A DNA stretch of 52,616 nt from Candidatus Pacearchaeota archaeon (GTDB lineage Archaea; Nanobdellota; Nanobdellia; Pacearchaeales; GW2011-AR1), in assembly GCA_018303825.1 (NCBI GenBank), contig JAGVXK010000022.1:1-52616 (forward strand). Direction: 5' to 3'. The notes beneath the pieces were generated by a model. The model ran no database searches, was not told where the DNA came from, and was given only the letters and a program-made list of their open reading frames with translations. Both the position numbers and the translations under genes were made by a program. This document shows positions 1 to 8,483 of this stretch, piece after piece (within the stretch, counting starts at the first letter, position 1; every line of letters begins with the position of its first letter).

Positions 1-96
1 TGGAATGCAGGATATTTTTGCTGTTCAGTCGGAGCAGAATTTGAACAAGTATTTACATATATAGAAAATCAATCGTTGCACCACGCGACGCAATAA
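1..96 (+). CDS. tnpA: IS200/IS605-family Y1 (HUH) transposase TnpA, C-terminal fragment (5'-truncated by window edge)
   Basis: Frame 1 translates to WNAGYFCCSVGAEFEQVFTYIENQSLHHATQ*, matching the TnpA C-terminal WxxGYFxxSVG...YIENQ motif with the catalytic Tyr. Not in the ORF track. Confidence 0.85.
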   Translation, partial: WNAGYFCCSVGAEFEQVFTYIENQSLHHATQ

Positions 97-139
97 GACC
101 AACTGGACGCCTAGCCTTTTAGGGCTAGGAGGATGTCAC
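1..139 (+). mobile_element. IS200/IS605-family element, right end
   Basis: tnpA stop at 94-96, then hairpin CCTAGCC-TTTTAG-GGCTAGG (110-129) and AGGATGTCAC, resembling the subterminal hairpin and tetranucleotide end of IS200/IS605 elements. Confidence 0.75.
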
Positions 140-163
140 AGGTTATTAAGAAGATTATTAAGA

Positions 164-2092
164 TTACTTGCTCATTTCTCTTAATTTTCTGAGTGTTTCT
201 TCCATTTCCTTGTCCTTGTCACTCATTGGCTTTTTCTGGGCAGGTTTTCCTATTTGAGGTCTTTGGCCTTGTAGTGGCCTCGCTGGAGCAGACCTTGTCA
301 AAGGCATCGGCCTAAATCCTGGCATTGCTGGTCTTGTCCCAGGCATGAATGGCCTTGGACCAACCATTGTGCTTGGTCTAGTTACCGGGCTTGATTTTGC
401 TTTTCCTCTATAGCTCATCCACCAGAATCTTATTTTGTCTTTAAACAATATAGCAATTACTACCAAAACAATTAATATAAGAAGAATTAATATCCACAGC
501 CACGTCTTAGAACTTGAAGGTGTCGGTGTAATTGAAGATATTTCGCAGCAAACTCCAGATGAGCATGTTCCATCTGTTGTCTCGGCTTCTCCGCTTTCAC
601 AGCTGGTTCTGCAGGTTCTTCCGCTAACCTGTTCGCATGTATTTTCCTGTTGTGCTATTGTTGTACAAGTTCCTAAACAGCATGTTCCATCACTTGATGA
701 AGGCACGCTATCTCCATTACATTCTTGATTTGACGAACATAAGTTTCCACTCTTTGCTTCACAGCTTTGTACTATAGGATTTATTGAGCAGCATGTATTT
801 ATCCCAGAACATTCATAACTATACAATACTGTTCCTCCAGAATTTGTGCAGTCAAATGAGCCCCCGCAGAATCCCCTCATACTAGAACATGATGACTTAG
901 CAATAACTCCCCCTCCCGAACTTACTGTTTTTGGCCACCCAGAATAAAGTATGAATGCAGTGTCTCTTATGTTATTATTATTCCAGCATTTGTCTTTTGT
1001 TCTTATACTTAATAAATAAGTTTTAGCATTGTCAATTTCATTCGCACCGCTTCCGTATAGAGCCAGCATTGCTAGTGAAATATCCCAGTATCTATTTCCA
1101 GGAGTAATTTCCCAGTATTTTCCCTGCTTTTGGCTCTGCAGTACTTTTGAATATTGGTCATCTCCGCCGACTATCTTATATAAGAATGCGCTCGGGAAAT
1201 ATTTCTCATTATCTTCAGACAATGCAACAAGATAAGGCACATATGGACTTACGTCAATTCCTTCTTTTTGCAATGCTGCTGTCGCCCACAGGCTTCCTTC
1301 ATAGTCGCAACTTGATCCGGTCTTGAAACATTTTGCATTGACTTTTTCTTCTGTTGCTCCCAATGAAGAAGCTGAATGAGTTTCAGAAGAAACATAAACT
1401 GTATCACTTCCAGACCTTTGATATAACAAAGTTGTTATGAAGTCTTTGTCGCAGGAAACCTCAAACTTTTTATCCAAACAATTATTTCCTATCCTAAGCC
1501 AATAACCTGAGCTTGAAAGAGATAAACAGCTTCCAGCGCTTCCGCTTATTTTCATCTCATTATTAATGCTTATTGTTTTATCAGAGCCGTCATAGTTTAT
1601 CTTGCATTGGGAGGATTCGTGGCTTGTAATGTCAATTTCAAGATACCATAGCAAGTCAGTTGCACTTGCATTCTTTGATGAAATCCATTTTACTATATCG
1701 GCATTATCTTTGCCCGCTCTCTCATAGGCAAGAGCAACAAGAGCGGTTTCTTTTAATTTGCAGGAATCCTTTGGCCAGCATCCAGCGCTGTTTTTATTTG
1801 CTTCAATCGTGTTTATCAGGTTTTGCTTATTTCCAAGGGCAAGGGTTGAGAATATTGCTTCCTGCAATGATAAATCTGTTCTGTTTCCCACTTTGCTTTG
1901 CAAACACTGGTAAGAATCATCAGCATTGCTTATTGTTGCAGTACTAGTAGTAGTTGACGTACTTCCAGTAGTGTTGCTAGAAGTAGTATTTGAACTGTTA
2001 TCCAAAGCACTAATGCTAAAAGACGATAAAACAATTAATAAAACGGCAACTGCAAGAACAATTGCTAATGTTGCTAAACCCCTTTCTTTCAT
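164..2092 (-). CDS. Secreted/membrane-anchored protein: Ser/Thr linker, possible alpha/alpha-toroid (prenyltransferase/TED-like) domain, Cys-rich repeats, C-terminal TM and Pro/Arg-rich tail
   Basis: Long ORF (ATG 2092; alternative TTG 2107). N-terminal hydrophobic stretch after KERG, helical motifs ETALVALAY and WNNNNIRDTAFILY, many CC/CxxxG motifs, TM TWLWILILLILIVLVVIAILF. Confidence 0.7.
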   Translation of the reverse strand: MKERGLATLAIVLAVAVLLIVLSSFSISALDNSSNTTSSNTTGSTSTTTSTATISNADDSYQCLQSKVGNRTDLSLQEAIFSTLALGNKQNLINTIEANKNSAGCWPKDSCKLKETALVALAYERAGKDNADIVKWISSKNASATDLLWYLEIDITSHESSQCKINYDGSDKTISINNEMKISGSAGSCLSLSSSGYWLRIGNNCLDKKFEVSCDKDFITTLLYQRSGSDTVYVSSETHSASSLGATEEKVNAKCFKTGSSCDYEGSLWATAALQKEGIDVSPYVPYLVALSEDNEKYFPSAFLYKIVGGDDQYSKVLQSQKQGKYWEITPGNRYWDISLAMLALYGSGANEIDNAKTYLLSIRTKDKCWNNNNIRDTAFILYSGWPKTVSSGGGVIAKSSCSSMRGFCGGSFDCTNSGGTVLYSYECSGINTCCSINPIVQSCEAKSGNLCSSNQECNGDSVPSSSDGTCCLGTCTTIAQQENTCEQVSGRTCRTSCESGEAETTDGTCSSGVCCEISSITPTPSSSKTWLWILILLILIVLVVIAILFKDKIRFWWMSYRGKAKSSPVTRPSTMVGPRPFMPGTRPAMPGFRPMPLTRSAPARPLQGQRPQIGKPAQKKPMSDKDKEMEETLRKLREMSK

Positions 2093-2126
2093 CCTTTTTC
2101 TAAACAATAGTTATTTAAAAACTTAT

Positions 2127-2555
2127 TCAATGCGTCCACTCAAAGTCATCGATTGCAACAAGTTTGATGTCTTCATCCCTTCGTTTTAATGGGATTCTTT
2201 CAGGCAAAGAAAATATATCCATACTTGCGACTTTTGCTATCCTTTTCTGTATCTCCATAAAGTCATGCACGTCATTCCAATCCCATGTCGAATTTCTTAG
2301 TTTTCTTCCTAACCTATGCTGTTTAACAAAACTGCAAGGATCCGAAACATATTCCAATCCTATGTTTCTTAACTCATGATTCATAACTTGTACCCAATCA
2401 CCATTTGGTGAATATTTAAAATCTCTAATATCCGCACTAAAACCATAAGATTCCTCAGCACCATCTAAATAAACCAAACTATTTCCTTTATCCTTATAGA
2501 ATCCTCTCTGAAATCTTGACTCTCCATCAAGCAGAGGGAATACAGCTTCTTGCAT
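2127..2555 (-). CDS. Hypothetical cytoplasmic protein (142 aa), candidate immunity/accessory gene of cassette 1
   Basis: ATG ORF with no signal peptide; TATA-like ATTTAAAT upstream; follows the 594-aa gene. Confidence 0.6.
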   Translation of the reverse strand: MQEAVFPLLDGESRFQRGFYKDKGNSLVYLDGAEESYGFSADIRDFKYSPNGDWVQVMNHELRNIGLEYVSDPCSFVKQHRLGRKLRNSTWDWNDVHDFMEIQKRIAKVASMDIFSLPERIPLKRRDEDIKLVAIDDFEWTH

Positions 2556-2653
2556 AAAAGCTACGCTTTATAGTCGTATTTAAATCTTTCTTTTATGTTA
2601 CTCCTTTTTAGAGGCACACAAATAATTCTTATTTATTTTCATAATTTATAGAA

Positions 2654-4438
2654 TCAGGCCGCAATACATCTTTTTATTCCGTCTGTGCGCGATTCTAAAA
2701 TAATTTTCTGTCCTTTATTCATACAGGATATCCTATATTTCAGAGTTATATCTGCGCTATTTCCAGCGGTGTCTGTATTTGCGATTCCAATGTTGACTTT
2801 CTTCTCCTGATTGTCTTCACATTGGAAAAAGTTATTCGCTTTTGCCAAGTCATCACCAAATTCTTGCAGCTTTTCCTTGATTTCAGTATTAGATTTAATA
2901 TTCGAAATTCTAATTATAAACCTGCCACCAATCATTTCTTCACTTTCTTCTCCGTTGCTTGTTATTGCATTTAATGGCACAGCATCTTTTTCTATAACAC
3001 ATTTCTCTCCAATCGCCAAGGTTCTCCCCACAAGAGGACACTCAATATTTTGCCCATTTAAATCAGCTATAACTCCATTCTTAGATTGTTGTGCTAAGGA
3101 GGACATTGTTCCTTCTTTCTCTGTCTGTTCCGCAATAGCAGTTTTGACTGAACTTGCACTGGCATAGCCTCCATTCTCACAATTAGCTTCAAGCTTTCCA
3201 TATTTATCACATCCATCTCCGTTTTGTTGATTGCCATCCTCACATTCCTCATCTTCTCCCAACACAGAATCTCCAACAGCATCATTGTAATTAGTTACAG
3301 TAAACCCATACTCCTCCGCTAGCTCAATTGGAACAGCCGTGCTTCGCATTCCAGGTATTGCAAATATCACTATTCTTTGATTTTCCTCAGGTTCAATATT
3401 TATTGCTTTCCCCGTAATAGCGTTTTTGACTAACTTAGCAATATCTTTAATCGCGTTTCCGCTTATGACCGCACCCGTCGCGGTACTAGCTTCTGGAGTT
3501 TCAAGTTCGTTAAATTTTATTGCACTTACTTCTACAAGATCTGAAGGGCCATATAAATCAGTTATTTTTGCAAACCCATAATCGGTAGTTCCAACTCTGT
3601 TGATCTCATCAGATGTCATAGAAACAAACGTATTAGGCCTCAATCCTTGGTCAAAACTTATATAATTAATTCCATTGACATTTCCATGAATATCAAATGT
3701 ATTTGAGAAAGTGTCAGCTTTGCTTAAAAGATTAAGATTATTTATATTTGTATATTCTTTTACTGGTTGGTAAGTCACTTCTTCTATTCCATTGTAAAAT
3801 AATGTTCTTTCTTCTTGTGATGTTGGTGAAAGCTCAGAAAATATATTTTTTCCTACAACATTTCCCTGCCTATATTCTTGAACTCTGTTAAACTCATAAT
3901 CATATTTATATGAAGAATAGAATCCAAGATTATTTATTATGGTAAATGATTCTTCCTCAGGGTTGGTAGAATATTTTTCCTCAAGAGGAGTCATATCTCC
4001 AAATGTGAATAAACTGTCCTCTATGAAATCATCTCCATTAATCTTAGACTCCATCTTAAATTTTCCCGCTGTTATAGTCAAAGTGTCTCCCTGGAGAGAA
4101 TAAGTGATTTTGATTTCGTATTTTTTATTTCCAATTGCCCTTGTTATGTCATCTGTAGTAGTCATAGTATCTTCAGTAGATTCATGTGATAATTTGTGCA
4201 GAGAAACACAATTTTCAAGAACTACCGTTCCTTCTTCTATATTGGCTTTAGAAAGAATATTAGTAGAACAATCTCCGCCATTAAGGAGTTCAGTCATAGG
4301 CACTCTCTGGAATTCAGTATTAAAGTAAGGCACTTTGCTCTCCACTAAATATGCAGAAGTTAAAATGTAGATAATTATCATACTTAATAGTAGGAAAATC
4401 CTTAATTTATCTAACCTGTTGGTTTTCATTTTCTTCAT
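2654..4438 (-). CDS. Secreted Cys-rich protein (594 aa), cassette 1 partner; paralog of 8484-10241
   Basis: N-terminal hydrophobic signal; CEDGNQQNGDGC (DUF4215-like Cys motif); C-terminal ~200 aa share the Cys pattern with the 585-aa ORF; ATGA overlap with the upstream gene at 4435-4438. Confidence 0.8.
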   Translation of the reverse strand: MKKMKTNRLDKLRIFLLLSMIIIYILTSAYLVESKVPYFNTEFQRVPMTELLNGGDCSTNILSKANIEEGTVVLENCVSLHKLSHESTEDTMTTTDDITRAIGNKKYEIKITYSLQGDTLTITAGKFKMESKINGDDFIEDSLFTFGDMTPLEEKYSTNPEEESFTIINNLGFYSSYKYDYEFNRVQEYRQGNVVGKNIFSELSPTSQEERTLFYNGIEEVTYQPVKEYTNINNLNLLSKADTFSNTFDIHGNVNGINYISFDQGLRPNTFVSMTSDEINRVGTTDYGFAKITDLYGPSDLVEVSAIKFNELETPEASTATGAVISGNAIKDIAKLVKNAITGKAINIEPEENQRIVIFAIPGMRSTAVPIELAEEYGFTVTNYNDAVGDSVLGEDEECEDGNQQNGDGCDKYGKLEANCENGGYASASSVKTAIAEQTEKEGTMSSLAQQSKNGVIADLNGQNIECPLVGRTLAIGEKCVIEKDAVPLNAITSNGEESEEMIGGRFIIRISNIKSNTEIKEKLQEFGDDLAKANNFFQCEDNQEKKVNIGIANTDTAGNSADITLKYRISCMNKGQKIILESRTDGIKRCIAA

Positions 4439-7400
4439 TGTACTGCCTTCTTAGTTGATTCTCTGAATAATTTAACAAATATTTCTTCTGCTGCTTTTAT
4501 ATTTTTAACTGCTATTTTTCTTTGTTGTGCGTCATGGGGGTTGGTTTTTAATACATATAGCGCTCTGGCTGCGGCTTCGAGTTTCCCTTCCATTTTTTCT
4601 AGCTCTAGGTTTTGCCCTTCTGCAAAATCTGTAAGCTCTTTTAGTCTAGAATCTAATTTACCCTTAAGTGCTTCAATCGAAAGACTTTCAACCGGCTTTG
4701 TCCTAGACATAATATCATTATATTGTTGTATCATCTCAGGATCCCTGAACCTGAATACTGCCTCTTTTTTGACAGTACCCTTGCCAGTATAAATCGCTTC
4801 TCTATTTGGTACTACAGTAACCTCAATGAATGGCACAATATCTCCTTCAACACTCACACTATGCCTATATATATAAATGAAACCAATATCCTCTTCCATA
4901 ACAGGTAAACCTGGTTCAGGCACACCTATTCCTTCGAATGCTATTCTTATCTCATTTTTTCCACTTAAGGCTATGCGGGCATCATCAGCAACGGCCATCA
5001 TTTCATCAAGGGAATCTGCTATATCTGTATATCCTATCACTGATTGTTCATTTAATGCCTTAAGGAAATCTAAACTTGATTTTGGTGCAATTGTGGATAA
5101 GACATCTTCGGTAACATAGTCAAAAAACTGCTCCATTTCTGCAGTACTAACCTTCAATCCGCTAGAAAGTTTTATTCTCATTTTTGATATCTTATTAACA
5201 TTATCAATAATATCATATAGAAAAGTTATCATTTCATCAGCAGAAGCATAAGTGTCATACGATCCTTCTAAAACTGAAGCAGTGTTATAACCTTTCAAAC
5301 CACTTTGCAGGAACATGCCTTTGCTCTTCGCCAAATAAGTCATAAAGAGCTGATGCTTTCTTTCATGCAAGAGTACCAATGACAGCGAACTTCTTAATAA
5401 AGATGGACTAGCTATTGCATATACTCCTAAGTAAATTGTATTCCTATTTGGGCTATAAGCTCCGCCCAACAGAGCTTGCTCAAGGTTTACCTTCATTTGC
5501 CCGCGCTGGCCGCTTACTTCAGTTCCTTCCACTATTTTCGCCATTCTTCCCAATACAGTAGTTGAATCAGGTCTTATGATAATCTCAACTTCCTTCGTTT
5601 TAAAGTCATATCTTGTCCTATACAAAACTCCTTTCATATCCAAAAATTCTTTTACTCTATTGAGCAGTACATCTCTTGGGATTGCTTTCAAGCCCACATT
5701 TACAGTCCCCTCAAAATCTTTAGGATATGCTGTGACTAATGGCTTCAGGAACTCCGACAGTTCTGTCTCGTATTTTCTGATTGCATTGAAGAACCAATTT
5801 TCAATAAGATAGCCTGCAGAAGATTTTGCTTCGATTTCCCCAAGAGCTATTTTTCCTGCCACCAAATCAGATATTGCTTGTTCTGCGCTGTCAGCCCGTG
5901 ATAAAGAGGTTTTAATCTGCCTCCCATACCATGTCCTGCCGGAAAAGTCGCTGAGCATTTTTTCGAATAGCAATGCAACCCTTACTGTTTTTCCATCCGC
6001 TTTTACATATCCTGCTTGAACTAAATCCATAGCTAATTTTGGATATCCTACTGCAGATAATAACAGTCCACCTCCGCCGCCAAGTATCTCTCCCAAATCT
6101 CCGTTCTTTAAACCTACACTAAACTGATAGGTTGAAAGCCCTGTTCCCCCAATATACAATAAAACCCCACATGTTGGGCAGACAGCAGTTACTCCCACTC
6201 CTGCCACTATCATTACTCCTGCGGCTACTGCTTGGAACGCGAGATCATTCGTTATTTCACCAAACACATCTTCAAGATAACAAACAGGATCTGCTTTTGT
6301 ATTCCCCAGGAAAAGCACACCAGCATAGCCTCCAAGTGCCTTTGAAGGGATTTTTTCAAGTTCCACCCCAGTTGTTAAGTCAAGATCAAAAGGGGTATCC
6401 TCTTTCTGCAGCAGGCTTGTGTCATCACCAAGAGGATAATCTTTGTTGCAGTTGAAATCATAGTACATAAATTTACAGTTTATGCTTGTCACTGGAGAAA
6501 ATGGATGAACGTGGAAAGCCGAATAAAAATCGTATAATGCATCTCCAGTATCTTTAACATGATAATTTAGTGATGCAGCTATTTTGTTGCCTTTTGCATC
6601 CAAGTATTTGTTTCCAGATTCTATTTTTTCATCACAATCAGGGAATTGTGGAGATTTTTCATAGAGTTTTGACTTTTCAGTATCTTCTTTAAACTGAACA
6701 ATGTTAACAGAACCATCAGAATTTATTGTCACTCCATCTGTTAATAAAGTAGGAACGCCGCAGAATCCATCTCCATCATTGTCATAACAATATGGAAGAG
6801 GTTTATTATCTGAACCAAGTGAGTAAGGTCTTTTCTTATAATCATCATATTTAAACTTGTAGTCATCAGGCCATTTTAATTCACTTCCAGGCTTAAATTC
6901 TTTTTCGTCGTTTAAAATATCGAGGACATCGTAATATTTGTATGAGTCGAAACTTACACTGAATTTGCAGTCAGGATCATCATTGTCTTTGAATCTCACA
7001 TCAAATGCAGATTGTTGGATAGCTTCCCCATTTTTGTACACTGCCAGTTTTTGTTTATATAATCCATATGGAAGCGCTTGAGTCAAGTCCTCATAGCCAT
7101 CATTGTCTCCTTTATCTGCACACTTGTCTTTTTTTGCACAGGCATTATTCCATTTCCATGAGCTTTTGTCAAAGCTGTCTGACAGTACAATGTTCCAAAA
7201 AGTATCAAAATCAATCTCTCCCCTGAAGCTGTCCAAATATTGCTGTGGCAAACCCCCATCAGAGACATCAGGCATATTTACTTTTTTTCCATCAGTTTCT
7301 TTTTCAGGAAGGCAGGTTTCTCCTTCAACAGGATAAATGCTTATTATAACTCCCGTAGGTTTCCAAGGGGAAGTTGGATCAAATGATTTTTTCCAAGCAG

Positions 7401-7761
7401 TGGTTACTTTATAATGTCCGCAAAAAGCATCATTTGTATTTAAGAAAGATGCATCTTCTTTGATACCCCATTCTCTATTCATTACATCTATTTTTATCTG
7501 TGCTTCAAATCCTCCGGGCTTGAAGATATATGCATCATAAATCTCATATACACAGGGAGACAGAGTAGTGCAAACGGAGTCAGGATAATATTGCATACCA
7601 TTTTCATATTGCTTGTCAAATTCTATCGTATAACCCCATTTTACTGCCCTTTCATAATTCGCGCATTTTCCCTGTGCATTTACTCCAGAAGTAACCTGGA
7701 TTGACATTAAAATACCAAAGAAGACAAACAAAAGCCAAATAATCGCCCTCTTTTTAAGCAT
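4435..7761 (-). CDS. Large secreted protein (1108 aa) with conserved Cys/Asp-rich N-terminus, Gly-rich hydrophobic segment and C-terminal HExxH zincin-like domain; candidate polymorphic toxin
   Basis: Signal peptide KKRAIIWLLFVFF; YCYDNDGDGFCG and FPDCD motifs; hydrophobic segment AVAAGVMIVAGVGV...GGGGGLLL; GAYSPNRNTIYL...LLHERKH (HERKH at 5353-5367). Confidence 0.8.
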   Translation of the reverse strand: MLKKRAIIWLLFVFFGILMSIQVTSGVNAQGKCANYERAVKWGYTIEFDKQYENGMQYYPDSVCTTLSPCVYEIYDAYIFKPGGFEAQIKIDVMNREWGIKEDASFLNTNDAFCGHYKVTTAWKKSFDPTSPWKPTGVIISIYPVEGETCLPEKETDGKKVNMPDVSDGGLPQQYLDSFRGEIDFDTFWNIVLSDSFDKSSWKWNNACAKKDKCADKGDNDGYEDLTQALPYGLYKQKLAVYKNGEAIQQSAFDVRFKDNDDPDCKFSVSFDSYKYYDVLDILNDEKEFKPGSELKWPDDYKFKYDDYKKRPYSLGSDNKPLPYCYDNDGDGFCGVPTLLTDGVTINSDGSVNIVQFKEDTEKSKLYEKSPQFPDCDEKIESGNKYLDAKGNKIAASLNYHVKDTGDALYDFYSAFHVHPFSPVTSINCKFMYYDFNCNKDYPLGDDTSLLQKEDTPFDLDLTTGVELEKIPSKALGGYAGVLFLGNTKADPVCYLEDVFGEITNDLAFQAVAAGVMIVAGVGVTAVCPTCGVLLYIGGTGLSTYQFSVGLKNGDLGEILGGGGGLLLSAVGYPKLAMDLVQAGYVKADGKTVRVALLFEKMLSDFSGRTWYGRQIKTSLSRADSAEQAISDLVAGKIALGEIEAKSSAGYLIENWFFNAIRKYETELSEFLKPLVTAYPKDFEGTVNVGLKAIPRDVLLNRVKEFLDMKGVLYRTRYDFKTKEVEIIIRPDSTTVLGRMAKIVEGTEVSGQRGQMKVNLEQALLGGAYSPNRNTIYLGVYAIASPSLLRSSLSLVLLHERKHQLFMTYLAKSKGMFLQSGLKGYNTASVLEGSYDTYASADEMITFLYDIIDNVNKISKMRIKLSSGLKVSTAEMEQFFDYVTEDVLSTIAPKSSLDFLKALNEQSVIGYTDIADSLDEMMAVADDARIALSGKNEIRIAFEGIGVPEPGLPVMEEDIGFIYIYRHSVSVEGDIVPFIEVTVVPNREAIYTGKGTVKKEAVFRFRDPEMIQQYNDIMSRTKPVESLSIEALKGKLDSRLKELTDFAEGQNLELEKMEGKLEAAARALYVLKTNPHDAQQRKIAVKNIKAAEEIFVKLFRESTKKAVQ

Positions 7762-7778
7762 TAACTAACATTAGTTTC

Positions 7779-7790
7779 TTTATATATAAA
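7779..7790 (-). promoter_or_regulatory. Archaeal TATA box for the 1108-aa gene (probably leaderless)
   Basis: TTTATATATAAA about 20-29 nt upstream of ATG 7761; inverted repeat AACTAA-CA-TTAGTT at 7763-7776 near the expected start site. Confidence 0.55.
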
Positions 7791-7836
7791 CATTATTATC
7801 TTTGCTTTTAAAATCAGCTTATTTGATCGGATTCAA

Positions 7837-8325
7837 TCAGATTCTAGCCCAGGTTTCATCATCTTTTTCATAAAGGACAACTCCCTCAAAAATATGGTCT
7901 CGTCCGAATAAATTACATCTTATCAACCCATAAAGTAAATTATGTGTCAATCTGGCCACTTCTTCATTAGATGCTCCTTTTCCTCTTGTGCGAAGAACGT
8001 ATTTTAATTGAGAAGCATTTGGAACTCTTGACTCAGCTATTCTCCTTACAATTTCTCCTCTTAATCCTTCTCTGTGCTCTTCTCCTGTTATTATCAATGA
8101 GCTCATTTCCCTTTCTAATGCTTCTACCAGGCTTTTTTCAAACTCTCCTCTTTTTCTGGAATCATCTATTAAAGATAATTTAATATCAAAATCAGGCGCA
8201 TATGGAAGGTCTCTGGCGTCTCTTATTGCATCTATCTCCATCAGGATTCTTTCCTTTTCCTGCATGCAGTTAAAAAGACCGTATGCTTCTCCATAATCTT
8301 TTCCTATTTCTATCATAAAATTCAC
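7837..8325 (-). CDS. Hypothetical cytoplasmic protein (162 aa), candidate immunity/accessory gene of cassette 2
   Basis: ATG ORF with no signal peptide; TATA-like TTTATATATA near 8337-8346; same relative position as 2127-2555. Confidence 0.65.
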   Translation of the reverse strand: MNFMIEIGKDYGEAYGLFNCMQEKERILMEIDAIRDARDLPYAPDFDIKLSLIDDSRKRGEFEKSLVEALEREMSSLIITGEEHREGLRGEIVRRIAESRVPNASQLKYVLRTRGKGASNEEVARLTHNLLYGLIRCNLFGRDHIFEGVVLYEKDDETWARI

Positions 8326-8483
8326 CTAAAAAGTCTATATATAAATCTTCCTAAATCGTGATTGTTAAGCCGGTGGGCGATAGCTAATTTTATCGTTGGT
8401 GATTTATGATACTAATTCAAACGAACTTTCATAGTTTATCACCTTTCAATTTAACAGAATCCTAAATTGACCAAAGAATTATA

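Noticed and set aside
8412-8444. GGTGA SD plus ATG on the minus strand between the 585-aa and 162-aa genes
   Set aside because: Only 6 codons (MKVRLN*) before a stop. It could be a decayed gene, but there is no supporting similarity.
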